64,000 nt of DNA, taken from Candidatus Tabaqchalia intestinavium. Its GTDB lineage: Bacteria > Bacillota > Clostridia > Oscillospirales > CAJFTT01. Positions 9,653-19,860 of this stretch are shown here, in pieces (position 1 is the stretch's first letter; each line of letters opens with the position of its first letter). The stretch covers positions 41,766 through 105,765 of the forward strand of contig CAJFTT010000044.1 of NCBI GenBank assembly GCA_904420005.1. Direction: 5' to 3'. The position numbers and the translations under genes are program-made. The notes beneath the pieces were generated by a model that worked only from the letters and a program-made list of their open reading frames with translations, ran no database searches and was not told the origin of the DNA.

Positions 9653-10040
9653 GCAGTTCCGTCCCGCACCGCGGGGCAGACTTTACCATGACAGCTACAG
9701 CGCCAAATATCGGGTTTCCTCCCCGCGCCGCGGGGCATAATAAAGGTTTGCCACAGATAAGGCGGGGACGGGTTCCATCCCCGCGCCGCGGGGGCAGACC
9801 GGTTCCGTCTACGCCATGGATTCGTGTGCCCGGTTTCCTCCCCGCACGGCGGTGACAGACTCGTATGCAGCAACGGCTGCACCGGACGAACCAATTCCAT
9901 CCCCGTGTTACAGGGGGCATAACCTTAGAACCCACGACAGCGCCGTTGACAGGTTCCCTCCCCGCGTTGTGTGGGGCAGACTTCCGGCTCTTTTTTTCCG
10001 TTGGCGAGTGAGTAATTCCTTCCTCGCGCCGCGTGGACAC
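9653..10040. CRISPR. Degenerate orphan CRISPR-like array, 7 units, type I-E-like geometry
   Basis: Units end at 9681, 9740, 9799, 9860, 9921, 9981 and 10040, a spacing of 59-61 nt. Approximate consensus is GGTTYCCTCCCCGCGCCGCGGGGCAGAC. The minus strand reads GTCTGCCCCGCGGCGCGGGGATGGAACC, close to the canonical I-E repeat. Spacer-like segments are AT-richer (for example 9682-9711). Weaker units extend back to about 8950. Confidence 0.5.
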
Positions 10041-10123
10041 CTCCTCAGCAAGGACCGGCCGAACCTGTCGGGCGATCCTTGCACCGCCGGGGCGGGGCCT
10101 GCCGGCGCACAGCGCGGGCCACC

Positions 10124-10160
10124 GACAAAATAAGGCTGGGGAAATCCTTCCCCAGCCTTT
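10124..10160 (-). terminator. Rho-independent terminator of the MsmK-like gene
   Basis: Stem AAGGCTGGGG / CCCCAGCCTT at 10132-10159, followed on the minus strand by ATTTTGT. Confidence 0.7.
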
Positions 10161-10176
10161 GTGTCAATGGAAATCT

Positions 10177-11319
10177 TCAGCAGACGATGGTCTCTTCCGT
10201 TTCCTTATCGAACAGCAGGATCTTGCTGGTGTCGAGCGCCATGCGGATATGGTCGCCCGGACGGGAGATGGTGTTCGGCGAGACGCGCGCGGTGAAGGAC
10301 TGGCCTTCGCAGTTGACGTAGAGATACGTCTCGGCGCCCATCAGCTCGGCAACTTCCACGTCCGCCTCGATGATGCCGTCGGTCATCTCCATGAGATAAT
10401 GCTCTTCGTCATGCACGTTCTCCGGACGGATGCCCATGATGACTTCCTTGCCGATGTATTCCTTCAGGTCGGCCTGCTTGAGCTTGGATTCCGGAATGCG
10501 GATGTCAAACTTGATACCGCGGCGATCCTTCTGATCCTCGGAACCGAACCGGCAGTACAGACCGCCGCTCTCCTCCACCAGCTCGCAGTTGATGAAGTTC
10601 ATCTGCGGCGAACCGATGAAGCCCGCGACAAACAGGTTGCAGGGCTTGAGGTAGAGGTTCGTCGGGCTGTCCACCTGCTGGATGAAGCCATCCTTCATGA
10701 CGACGATGCGGTCGCCCATGGTCATAGCTTCCGTCTGGTCATGGGTAACGTAGACGAACGTCGTCTTGAGACGATGATGCAGCTTGGAAAGCTCGGTGCG
10801 CATCTGGGCACGCAGCTTGGCGTCGAGGTTGGACAGCGGCTCGTCGAGCAGGAAGACCTTCGGCTCACGGACGATGGCGCGGCCGAGGGCGACACGCTGC
10901 TTCTGACCGCCGGACAACGCCTTCGGCTTGCGGTCGAGCAGATGCTCGATGTCGAGGATGCGGGAGGCTTCCTCCACGCGGCGCTTGATCTCGTCCTTCG
11001 GCGTCTTGCGCAGCTTCAGGCCGAACGCCATGTTCTCGTATACCGTCATATGCGGGTACAGCGCGTAGTTCTGGAACACCATCGCGATGTCTCTGTCCTT
11101 CGGCGCGACGTCGTTGACCAGACGGTCGCCGATGTACAGCTCGCCCTCGGTGATCTCTTCCAGACCCGCGATCATGCGCAGCGTCGTGGACTTACCGCAG
11201 CCGGAAGGGCCGACCATGATGACGAACTCGGTGTCGCGGATCTCCAGGTTGAAATCCGACACAGCGACAACGCCACCGGGGTACTTCTTATAAATTTTCC
11301 TCAGCGATACACTTGCCAT
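10177..11319 (-). CDS. Sugar ABC transporter ATP-binding protein (MsmK/UgpC/MalK family), stand-alone
   Basis: Walker [10 protein letters not shown], signature [14 protein letters not shown], Walker [13 protein letters not shown], plus a C-terminal TOBE-like regulatory region. GGAGG RBS. Confidence 0.9.
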   Translation of the reverse strand: MASVSLRKIYKKYPGGVVAVSDFNLEIRDTEFVIMVGPSGCGKSTTLRMIAGLEEITEGELYIGDRLVNDVAPKDRDIAMVFQNYALYPHMTVYENMAFGLKLRKTPKDEIKRRVEEASRILDIEHLLDRKPKALSGGQKQRVALGRAIVREPKVFLLDEPLSNLDAKLRAQMRTELSKLHHRLKTTFVYVTHDQTEAMTMGDRIVVMKDGFIQQVDSPTNLYLKPCNLFVAGFIGSPQMNFINCELVEESGGLYCRFGSEDQKDRRGIKFDIRIPESKLKQADLKEYIGKEVIMGIRPENVHDEEHYLMEMTDGIIEADVEVAELMGAETYLYVNCEGQSFTARVSPNTISRPGDHIRMALDTSKILLFDKETEETIVC

Positions 11320-11613
11320 TCGATGAACCTCCAGTGTTGATCAAGATTTGCCTTTTATACGATAAGCAGCGGAAATTTGCATGCCAAAAAACACTCCTAC
11401 TCCGCATTACCGCCTTATTATATCAGATAAAAAACGGTTTGCAAATCGGATGATTAAACAATTTTTTCCCGCGACATTTATTCAATTTCACCAACGAGTC
11501 AATCTACCGCCGGAAAAACCCGGTTTTTTGTGCAATTTGCCCCCGGTTTCAGGCCGGATTTTCCCGCTTTCGCCCGAATCCGGCCCGCGCCCCGGCGGAC
11601 GTTCATAAAAATA

Positions 11614-12354
11614 TTACAATTGAGCAGATGCGTCGTCCGATTCGGCGTTTTTCTGCAAAAAACCGGCCGCTTCAGCAGGGGACAGCAGCCGGTATTCCCC
11701 CGGCGCCAGATCGGGCGGCAGGCAGACGCCGCCGATGCGTTCCCGGCGCAGATACGTCACGGTGCAGCCCACTGTGCGCAGCATCAGCTTGACCTGGTGA
11801 TATTTCCCCTCGGTGATGGTCAGGCGCGCTTCCCGCGGCGCGAGCAGCGTCAGCCGCGCGGGGCGCGTGTGATAGCCGCCCTCGATGGTCACGCCGGCGC
11901 GCATCGCCTCGACTGCGTGCGGCGGGATGTCGCGGTCGGTGCGCAGGTAATAGGTCTTTTCCACGTGGCTCGCGGGGGACAGCATACGGTGGGCGAACGG
12001 ACCGTCGTCCGTGACGAGCAGCAACCCTTCGGTATCCCGGTCGAGCCGGCCGGCGGGGAACAGCCCGCCGCGGCGGCGCAGCGATTCGTCAAGCAGGTCG
12101 AGCACCGTGCGCTCCCTGCGGTCGGCGGAGGCGGAGAGCACGCCCTGCGGCTTGTGCAGCAGGATATAGACATGCGCCTGATAGCACAGCGGGCGGCCGT
12201 GCACGGCGATGACCTGCGACGCAGGGTCGGCCTTGTCCGCGGGCGAGCGCACCGGCGCGCCGTCCACCGTGACGGCGCCGGCCCGCACCAGCGCGGCGGC
12301 CTCCCGCCGGGAACACAGCCCCTGGCTGGAGAGGATTTTGTCGATGCGCTCCAT
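11614..12354 (-). CDS. Pseudouridine synthase, RsuA/RluB family
   Basis: N-terminal S4 domain (RIDKILSSQGLCSRREAAALVRAGAVTVDG) and catalytic motif GRLDRDTEGLLLVT. Confidence 0.85.
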   Translation of the reverse strand: MERIDKILSSQGLCSRREAAALVRAGAVTVDGAPVRSPADKADPASQVIAVHGRPLCYQAHVYILLHKPQGVLSASADRRERTVLDLLDESLRRRGGLFPAGRLDRDTEGLLLVTDDGPFAHRMLSPASHVEKTYYLRTDRDIPPHAVEAMRAGVTIEGGYHTRPARLTLLAPREARLTITEGKYHQVKLMLRTVGCTVTYLRRERIGGVCLPPDLAPGEYRLLSPAEAAGFLQKNAESDDASAQL

Positions 12355-12795
12355 CGGCGCGCCTCCTTTTGTGCTTTATGCGGACAGCTGTCCGCTCGAG
12401 AGCCTGGAGATTCCAAAAATACGTCTGTGCCAGATCGCCCGCGCTGCGCGTCCTCGACGGTATGCGCGCGGGGCGGGGAGCCGAATACGCGGCAGCCTGC
12501 GACTGCGCCGCCCGCGCGGCAGCACGGGGGAAGATGCGCTGATACGCCGGCCGCTTGGGCAGAAACGCGCTGCTGCTTGCTAACTCCCTTCCATTGCGGC
12601 AAGCAGCGAGGCTGGCCGGGAAGGTCTGCGCCGTACTTCGAGAGGCGGCGCACTTGCAGGCGGCTGCCTCGGCTGGGGAAGCGCGCTTCTCAGGCAGTTG
12701 CTTTCCCGGCGGGGAAGCGCCCTGCGCTCCGCCCCCGGGGGAATCTGCGCCCTGCCGGGCGAAATTTGAGCACGCCCCGGCCCCGGGGAAAAACC

Positions 12796-14601
12796 CTACA
12801 GCGGCAGCGGCGCGCCGTCCGGGCCGAGCAGCAAAAACCCCTTCGCCGGCAGCGTCCGGCCCTGCCAGCCCCGCGGCTCCCCGCTGCCGTTGGCCGCGAC
12901 GGTCAGGCAGCCCGCCGCGCTTTCCCGGCGATATACCAGCAGGCCGTCTGCCTCCTCCAGCAGGAGAAAGCGGCCGTCTCGCAGGCAGGGCGACGCCGCG
13001 CGCAGCCGGCCGAGCGCGCGGTACCATTCCAGCAGCGTCGCGTCCTCCCGGCCCCAGGGATAGGTGCCGCGGTTGAAGGGGTCGCCATAGCCCTGCAGGC
13101 CCGCCTCGTCCCCGTAATACAGGCTCGGCACGCCCGGCAGCGTATATTGCAGCAGCGAAGCCAGCCGCAGCAGACGCACGCCCGCGGCGTACTGCTCGGG
13201 CGAGAGCCGCTGCGCGCTTTGCCAGTCCCGGCCGCGACCCGCCGCGTCCTCCCCCACGAGGGCGGTGAGGGCGCGCGGCGTGTCGTGCGTGTCCAGCAGG
13301 TTCATCAGGATATGCGTCACGCAGTCGGGATAATGCGCCTGCAGCGAGAGCACCGTATCGGCCAGCGTCCGCCCGTCCCCCTCCCGGCAGAAACGCAGGA
13401 TCGCGTTGCCGACGGGGTAGTTCATCACGCTGTCCAGCTGCCGCCCCAGCAGATACCGCCGGCGCGCGCCGTAGGAAATCTTGTTCGACGCATCCTCCCA
13501 GACCTCCCCCAGGATGACGGCGTCGGGGTTCTCCTCCTTCGCGGCGGCGCGCAGCGCGTCGAGGAAGCCGTCGGGCAGCTCGTCGGCCACGTCCAGGCGC
13601 CAGCCGTCCGCGCCGAGCCGGAGATATTTGCGCACGATGCCGTCCGGTCCGGTGATATAGCGCAGGAAATCCTCGTTGGTCTCCCGCACGCAGGGCAGCG
13701 AGGGCACGCCCCACCAGCAGGTGTAGCGGTCGGGGAAATGCTGGAATTCATACCAGGAGAAATACGGCGACTGCTGCGACTGGTACGCGCCCGGTCCCGG
13801 ATAGGTGCCGTAGCGGTTGAAATAAACCGAGTCGCTGCCGGTGTGGGAGAACACGCCGTCGAGCAGCACGCGGATACCCAGCGCATGCGCCGCGCGGCAC
13901 AGAGAGACAAAATCCGCCTCTTCGCCGAGCAGCGGGTCGATGCGGCTGTAGTCGCCGGTATCGTACCGGTGGTTGGAAAACGCCTCGAAAATGGGGTTGA
14001 GATACAGGCAGGTGACGCCGAGCGAATGCAGATAGGGCAGCTTTTCCTCGATGCCGCGCAGGTTGCCGCCGAAGAAATCATCGTTCCTGGTCTCCTCCGG
14101 CACGGCGGAGAAATCCGGCTGCTCGTCCCAGCGCGCGTGCAGCCGCCGCCCGCGGTCCGGCTGCTTCCCGGCTCCCGCGCGGCAGAAGCGGTCGGGGAAA
14201 ATCTGGTAGATCACGCCGCCGCGCAGCCAGGCGGGCGTGGTGAAGTCCGAAGAGAAAACCGTCTGCTGAAACGCCGCGCCCGGCTGCGCGGACAGCCGCG
14301 CGCCCCGCCCGTCCGGCAGCACATAGCGCGTGCCGTCCGCCGTCTCCAGCCGGAAATAATACCAGTAAAGCCCGACGTCGGCAAACGGCACGGCGCATTC
14401 GTAAACGTCGCATCCGCCCGACAGGGCGCGCCAGCACATCTCCAGGGTCTGCTGCTGCGGCTGCCCGTCGGGCCGGAAGCAGACAAACGCGGCCGCCACG
14501 CCGAGCGTGCGCGGCGGCGTGAGGCGCAGACGCAGCGTTCCCCCCTGCGCGTGCGCGCCGGCCGGCGCGTGGAAAAATTCCTGGTTTTCATCAAACAGCA
14601 T
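12796..14601 (-). CDS. GH13 alpha-amylase-family glycosidase (neopullulanase/cyclomaltodextrinase-like)
   Basis: All four GH13 regions are present: DGVFSHTG, GADGWRLDVADE, ILGEVWED, NLLDTHDTPR. Confidence 0.85.
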   Translation of the reverse strand: MLFDENQEFFHAPAGAHAQGGTLRLRLTPPRTLGVAAAFVCFRPDGQPQQQTLEMCWRALSGGCDVYECAVPFADVGLYWYYFRLETADGTRYVLPDGRGARLSAQPGAAFQQTVFSSDFTTPAWLRGGVIYQIFPDRFCRAGAGKQPDRGRRLHARWDEQPDFSAVPEETRNDDFFGGNLRGIEEKLPYLHSLGVTCLYLNPIFEAFSNHRYDTGDYSRIDPLLGEEADFVSLCRAAHALGIRVLLDGVFSHTGSDSVYFNRYGTYPGPGAYQSQQSPYFSWYEFQHFPDRYTCWWGVPSLPCVRETNEDFLRYITGPDGIVRKYLRLGADGWRLDVADELPDGFLDALRAAAKEENPDAVILGEVWEDASNKISYGARRRYLLGRQLDSVMNYPVGNAILRFCREGDGRTLADTVLSLQAHYPDCVTHILMNLLDTHDTPRALTALVGEDAAGRGRDWQSAQRLSPEQYAAGVRLLRLASLLQYTLPGVPSLYYGDEAGLQGYGDPFNRGTYPWGREDATLLEWYRALGRLRAASPCLRDGRFLLLEEADGLLVYRRESAAGCLTVAANGSGEPRGWQGRTLPAKGFLLLGPDGAPLPL

Positions 14602-14843
14602 GGCGCGCCTCCTTCCTTCTTTCCCTGCGCCGCGCAGGGCTTGGGTTCCGATCGACTTGGCGGGGCAGGGCGAAGCGCCGCGCCCGGCAGGGCGGCCGCG
14701 CGCCGCCGCGCATGCCCCGGGGGGTAAACGTCCCCGAACCGCCGGCGTTTACCCGCGAAACGCCCGCCGGCGCCAAAACCGCGATCCCCCGCAGGGCAAT
14801 CGGCAGCGTTCGTCTGCAGGAAGCCCGCCGGCGTCCCCGCGGG

Positions 14844-15554
14844 TCACCAGCGGTCGATATGGCCGCGCTGCAGCGCGCCGAGAATGCGCTGGCGCACGCC
14901 GTGATACTGCCGGTTGATGTCGTCGAGCAGCACCTTCATCTCCTGCCGCGCGGTGCCGCCGTCGACGGGGCAGGCGGATTTGACGGTGGGGATCTCCAGC
15001 CGCCGCGCCGCGGAGACGATCTTCGACTCCGGCAGCAGGCAGAACGGACGCACGACGGTGATATCCTTGCGCGAGAGGTAGGTCACGGGCGAGAAGCACC
15101 CCACGCGCCCCTCAAACAGCAGGTTGAGAAAGAACGTCTCCGCCGCGTCGTCGGCGTGGTGCCCCAGCGCGAGCTTGTTGCAGCCGTGCTCCTTGGCGAA
15201 GTCGTGCAGCGCGCCGCGGCGCATTTTGGCGCACAGAGAGCAGGGGTTCTTTTCCTGCCGCGCCTCGAACACGACCGGCCCGATGTCCGTGCGCCGCACG
15301 AAGTATTCTATGCCGTGCGCGGCGCAAAAAGTCTCGATCGCGCCGTAATCGGTCGGCGTGCCGCCGAAGCGGGGATCGAGTGTCAGCCCCACCACGGTGA
15401 ACGGCCGCGGGAAAAACTGCGCCAGCTTGGCGAGCGCGAGCAGCAGCAGGACGCTGTCCTTGCCGCCCGACACCCCCACGCCGACCCGGTCGCCGGCCTC
15501 GATCATGGCGTATTGTTCCACGGCTCGCCGGGTGAAGGAAAGAATTTCCTGCAC
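14844..15554 (-). CDS. PP-loop ATPase, TtcA-like tRNA thiolation family
   Basis: Contains SGGKDS PP-loop, CSLCAKMRRG and LGHHADD. I place the start at the GTG at 15554, preceded by GAAAGGGGG 7 nt upstream. The track ORF to 15848 overlaps ptsH and is an extension. Confidence 0.75.
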   Translation of the reverse strand: MQEILSFTRRAVEQYAMIEAGDRVGVGVSGGKDSVLLLLALAKLAQFFPRPFTVVGLTLDPRFGGTPTDYGAIETFCAAHGIEYFVRRTDIGPVVFEARQEKNPCSLCAKMRRGALHDFAKEHGCNKLALGHHADDAAETFFLNLLFEGRVGCFSPVTYLSRKDITVVRPFCLLPESKIVSAARRLEIPTVKSACPVDGGTARQEMKVLLDDINRQYHGVRQRILGALQRGHIDRW

Positions 15555-15663
15555 GAGGGCGCCCCCTTTCTTACGCAAAAAGCTCCCGGACTGCCGCTCC
15601 CTGGGGAGAATCCCCACCGCAGGGAGCGGGCCCGCGAGCCTTGCCATTGTTGCGTTCGCCGCG

Positions 15664-15927
15664 TTATTCCGCGAAACCGGACTGCACCAGCGCCACCAGC
15701 GCGTCCACCGCCTGGGTCTCGTCCGCGCCGTCGGCCAGAATTTTGATGGGGGTGTTCCCCGTGATGCCGAGCGAGAGCACGCCCAGCAGGCTCTTGGCAT
15801 TGACGCGGCGGTCTTCGCGCTCAATCCAAATGGAGGATTTGTACTCATTGGCCTTCTGAATGAAGAAAGTTGCCGGCCGCGCGTGCAGCCCTACCTGGTT
15901 CTGAACAACAACCTCTTTGATATACAT
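15664..15927 (-). CDS. ptsH: Phosphocarrier protein HPr
   Basis: MYIKEVVVQNQVGLHARPA carries His15 and NAKSLLGVLSLG carries Ser46. 87 aa from the internal ATG at 15927. Confidence 0.9.
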   Translation of the reverse strand: MYIKEVVVQNQVGLHARPATFFIQKANEYKSSIWIEREDRRVNAKSLLGVLSLGITGNTPIKILADGADETQAVDALVALVQSGFAE

Positions 15928-16977
15928 TCCACTATCTCTCCCACAATCTTGATTCGTCGTGTTTGTCCTGATTCCCCAGCGACCATTTGCTATTAGAATA
16001 CTAAAATTGGCCCGTTTCGTCAACGCCTTCCCCCGAGGAAAAATGCCATTTGGGGAAACTTTGTCGCTTTTGCCAAACCGGCTTGGACTTTTTCTCCGGC
16101 CGCCTGTCTATTTTTACCGCGGCATTTTGTCGAGTTTTTGGGGCGTTTTTGGAAAGACGAACAATCTTTTTCCGTAGTGTTTCCAAAACTTCAGCAGGTT
16201 ATCCGTTTTCCCAGGAGGATTCTGGAAAGAAGACGACCGGCCGTCCGCCGGATGGGGGAAAACCATGCCGCAGGCGGCGTACCCGCGGCGAGGGCGGGCC
16301 TGCTCCCGCCGCGGCGGCATTTCTCCGCCGGCGACCGCCATGCATGCGTTGCCCGCGCGGCGCTCGCCCCGGCATTGGCCGTTTTCGGGGATGCGGCTCG
16401 TCCCCGCTTTTCCAGGAAAGGGCCGCGTTGCGGGCGAGAAAGCGCGCGGTGATGCCGCGCGTCTCCGTTTTCCGGGAAAGAGCGGGAAAGCCATGCCGAA
16501 AAAGCCGGAAGGAATCGCCGCGCCGGACAGTCAGAATTCCACCTTGCTCGCCGCGCCGGAAAAAGCCCGCCAATACCATTATATTGATGGGCCGGCTTTG
16601 CGGGAACCGCGGCGCGGCGAATTTCTGGTAGAGCCAGCTGCATTTTCTGAATCGCCGGGGCAATCGGGCCGCCTCCCGCTGCCTCCGCGGCGTCCGGCAG
16701 CGCACGGGCCGGCGCTGCCGGACGCCATGGGAAGGGAAGGATGTCCAGCGGCGCGGGGCGGTTTGCCGCTTTGCAGGCCGCCCAAAGATTTTTTACCGTC
16801 CTGTGCGCAGGTTGGCCAAAATTGCGCGTCAATGCCGCGATTTCCCCTGGGAATCGTTAAACGCTGTATATAATGATTTCATAAACAGTTAATTATTTAC
16901 AAATTATTCATACAGTTTGCTTCCAGACATGCTATTCTTTATGGGAAGAGAATGTGGGTTCGGGGGAGGAACGGTCT

Positions 16978-17268
16978 ATGACAATCACAGACATCAAAAT
17001 TCGCAAGCTGTTTCATGGGGGAAACGTGCTTGCGCTGGTCTCCATTGCGCTGGATGACGAGTTCGCCGTGCATGACATCAAGGTCATCCAGGGGGCAGAG
17101 CGGATGTTCGTCGCGATGCCCAGCCGCCGCGGGAATGACGGCGTGTTCCGCGACGTTGCGCATCCGATCTCCGCGCAGACGCGCCAGCGGATGGAGCAGC
17201 AGATTTTGGAAGCCTATCAGCGTTATGTGGCGGAGCAGGCCGCGCAGGAGGTTCCGGCGGCGCAGTGA
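16978..17268 (+). CDS. spoVG: SpoVG family protein
   Basis: MTITDIKIRKL... is a typical SpoVG N-terminus. GGAGG lies 7 nt upstream of the ATG at 16978. Confidence 0.85.
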   Translation: MTITDIKIRKLFHGGNVLALVSIALDDEFAVHDIKVIQGAERMFVAMPSRRGNDGVFRDVAHPISAQTRQRMEQQILEAYQRYVAEQAAQEVPAAQ

Positions 17269-17657
17269 AGCCCGCCGGGCAGCCGGCAACTGCCAGAAAG
17301 GGACCGCGGCGCAGCGCCGGGTCCCTTTTTCCGTTGGTATGCCGGCGGCGGGGCGGAGTCTGGCCCGTGTGCGGCTTTGGCCGCGGCCCCGCTGCGCCCG
17401 CGCGGCGGGGGGCAAGCGTGCGGTCAGTTCTGTGGCCTGCCGTGAGCGCTATCCCCTGTCCGGCCTCACGCCGGATCAGGGGATAGCGCGTGCTTACATC
17501 GGGACAGGACGCGCTTTTCTCCGTTGGGGGAATGGGGCCGCGATGCGCTTCGCCGCTGTGAGGCCCCGCCTGAACGGGCGCGCGGATGGGGAGCTGCGTT
17601 CGTGTCTGCAGGGGTGCGCATTTGCCGGCTGCGCACTGCCTCTGCCGCGCGCAGCTC

Positions 17658-18180
17658 TGTTTTCCCCGCGCTTGCAGGGGGGCGGCGCGCGGCATTCTCC
17701 ATTTACAAAGCCTGCGGCGCTTTCTCCTGCGCCTGCGGGGGCGGATTTCTTTGCACCCTACCGTGTGGCGGTCGTTACTTACTTTCCCCTGCGCCTGCAG
17801 AGGAGATTACAACTCCTTCGTTCTGCCATCCTTCGACGCTTACTTTCTCCGCGCCTGCGGAGGAGATTGCAGCGCCGCCCCGCGAGCGGCGGCGCTGATC
17901 CTTTCCTGCTTTTTCACCCGGCGCGCAACGGCTCGCCCGCGCAGGCTTTCCTGGCAGCAAGGTTCCGCGGCCTCCTGCCCGGACGCGCTATGTCTGCCCG
18001 CGCAGGCTCCGCCGGGGCAGGGCAATGGAAAAAAGCCGGGCGCTGGTTGACCCCGCCCGCCGCGCTGCCGAGGTCGATGCGGGGAAAGCGGTTGTCTCCA
18101 CCCGCGCGGCGGCGCCGGGTCTTTTGGTAGAACGCCGCCATCTGAGCTGGTTTCCTCCAGCCGCACGCGGCGGCGCCCAG
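17658..18180. CRISPR. Degenerate CRISPR-like cluster (about 9 units, 58-62 nt period)
   Basis: TTT(C/T)C motifs lie at 17660, 17721, 17783, 17844 and 17902. Units include GTTTTCCCCGCGCTTGCAGGGGGGCGGC, CTTTCTCCTGCGCCTGCGGGGGCGGAT, CTTTCCCCTGCGCCTGCAGAGGAGATT and CTTTCTCCGCGCCTGCGGAGGAGATTG. Later units are progressively decayed. Confidence 0.4.
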
Positions 18181-18239
18181 ATCCGCATCGCTGCAGGATG
18201 GCCGCTGTTGGTTGCCGCCGGCCCGTTGCGCGGCGGGCG

Positions 18240-18380
18240 TCAGCGCTCCTTCAGCCTGCGCGCCTGCGCTTCGCGCTCCTGCCGCGCCTGATGGAGAATA
18301 TGCCGGATCCAGCCCGCGCCGAGCACGAGCATCCCGATGCAGCAAAAGGCAGCGTTCCAGCCGCTTGTCAAAAAATCCAT
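18240..18380 (-). CDS. Small (46 aa) single-TM protein candidate
   Basis: MDFLTSGWNAAFCCIGMLVLGAGWIRHILHQARQEREAQARRLKER has one hydrophobic helix and a basic tail. A strong GGGAGG lies 7 nt upstream of the ATG at 18380. Confidence 0.45.
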   Translation of the reverse strand: MDFLTSGWNAAFCCIGMLVLGAGWIRHILHQARQEREAQARRLKER

Positions 18381-18594
18381 AGTGATTCCTCCCACTTCCC
18401 GCGCCGGCCAGGGTCGGCGGCGTTTGGTTTCTGCCGGCCGCAGGGCCGGCTGCCTGTTTCTGTATTTTATTATAATGCATTGCCTGTCCCAAAAATGTCC
18501 CTGTGCCCGGCAAACGGCAAAATTTTTTCGCGGCGCGCGGCGACGCTTCTCCCCGGGCAGGAAAAATATGCGCCGGATCCACGGCAAGAAACGC

Positions 18595-18623
18595 TTGACG
18601 CTGTGTCCGGCATGCTTTAGAAT
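18595..18623 (+). promoter_or_regulatory. Sigma-70 promoter candidate for aroF
   Basis: TTGACG, 17-nt spacer, TAGAAT. Confidence 0.55.
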
Positions 18624-18664
18624 AAAGATAGATTTGTAGAAAATCCGGGAAAGGGGAGAGAATT

Positions 18665-19678
18665 TTGGTCATCCTGATGAAGCGCACCGCCACGGAAAAG
18701 GACGTCGCGGCGGTGGCGGAATTCCTCAAAAACAAAGGGCTGGGCACGCATATCTCCAAGGGCCAGGACGCGACGATCATCGGCGTGATCGGCGACAAGA
18801 GCTGCCTTGCGCAGACGCCGCTGGAGATGCTGCCGGGCGTGGAGAAAGCCGTTCCCATCATGCAGAGCTATAAGCTGGCCAGCCGCGCCTTCGCGCCGGA
18901 GGGCCGCGTTTGCCACGTCGGCGAGGAGGAGATCGGCGGCAAAAAGCTCGCGCTCATCGGCGGTCCCTGCGCGGTCGAAAGCGAGGAGCAGATTTTCGAG
19001 GCGGCGCGCGGCGTCGCGGCGGCGGGCGCGCGCTTCCTCCGGGGCGGCGCGTACAAGCCCCGCACTTCGCCGTATTCCTTCCAGGGCCTCGAGGAGAAGG
19101 GCCTGCCCCTGCTGCGCCAGGCGGCCGACGCTTACGGCCTGAAGGTGGTCAGCGAGATCATCAGCGAGAATCTCATCGAGTCGGAAGGGCAATATGTCGA
19201 TATGTTCCAGGTCGGCGCGCGCAATATGCAGAATTTCCGCCTGCTGCGGGAGCTGGGGCGCTGCAAGATCCCCGTGCTGCTCAAGCGCGGCATCGCCTCG
19301 ACCATCGACGAATGGCTCGACGCGGCTGAATATATCATGGCGGGCGGCAACTATAACGTCGTGCTGTGCGAGCGCGGCATCCGCACCTTCGAGACAGCCA
19401 CGCGCAACACGCTGGACATCTGCGCGGTGCCGGTGGTCAAGGAGCGCTCCAACCTGCCGATCATCGTCGATCCCAGCCACGCGGCGGGCAAGGCCGCCTA
19501 TATCCGTTCGCTTTCCCTGGCGGGCATCGCCGCGGGCGCGGACGGCATCATCGTGGAGGTCCATCCCGACCCCATGAACGCCAAGAGCGACGCGGCGCAG
19601 CAGATCAAGCCCGACGCGTTCTGCGCGCTGGCGGAGGACATCCGCCGCATCGCCCCGGTGCTAGGCCGCGAGGCCTGA
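18665..19678 (+). CDS. aroF: 3-deoxy-7-phosphoheptulonate (DAHP) synthase, type I-beta with N-terminal regulatory domain
   Basis: An ACT/FL-like N-terminus ([30 protein letters not shown]) is followed by GGPCAVES and [18 protein letters not shown] start about 9 nt downstream of GGGGAG. Confidence 0.85.
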   Translation: MVILMKRTATEKDVAAVAEFLKNKGLGTHISKGQDATIIGVIGDKSCLAQTPLEMLPGVEKAVPIMQSYKLASRAFAPEGRVCHVGEEEIGGKKLALIGGPCAVESEEQIFEAARGVAAAGARFLRGGAYKPRTSPYSFQGLEEKGLPLLRQAADAYGLKVVSEIISENLIESEGQYVDMFQVGARNMQNFRLLRELGRCKIPVLLKRGIASTIDEWLDAAEYIMAGGNYNVVLCERGIRTFETATRNTLDICAVPVVKERSNLPIIVDPSHAAGKAAYIRSLSLAGIAAGADGIIVEVHPDPMNAKSDAAQQIKPDAFCALAEDIRRIAPVLGREA

Positions 19679-19860
19679 CGCGCCCGGCGCGCGCGGGGAA
19701 AGGGGCTTCAAGTTCTTCAGCGATTTCTCCCAGGTGGGCTGCCGTGCCCTGCGCGCAGGGAGGAGAGGTCGCAGGCGCGCTCATTACGCTGTGTCCCCTT
19801 TCCGCGCCCGGTGCGCGGAGAAGGGGCGGCGTGATTTGACGCAGGAAGGAGGCAGAGGAT

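Noticed and set aside
11530-14727. Very long ORFs in the track: 11530-14727, 30045-33299, 36764-39235, 42067-44370, 6932-9214, 54743-57019, 20476-22395, 23416-25164, 46967-48664, 2510-3919, 22223-23452 and others.
   Set aside because: They lie antisense to, or out of frame with, genes that have clear family motifs. Their translations are Arg/Pro/Gly/Ala-rich low-complexity strings. These are typical GC-driven shadow ORFs, not genes.
15928-16977. Protein-coding potential of the largest gaps (15928-16977, 8888-10176, 49452-50213, 61160-62347).
   Set aside because: All ORFs there (for example 16050-16631 and 16191-16832) translate to Arg/Pro/Gly/Ala-rich strings with no motifs and overlap one another on both strands. 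I treat them as non-coding repeat DNA. I also looked for known structured RNAs (RNase P, tmRNA, SRP RNA, T-box, SAM, cobalamin and purine riboswitch cores) and recognised none.
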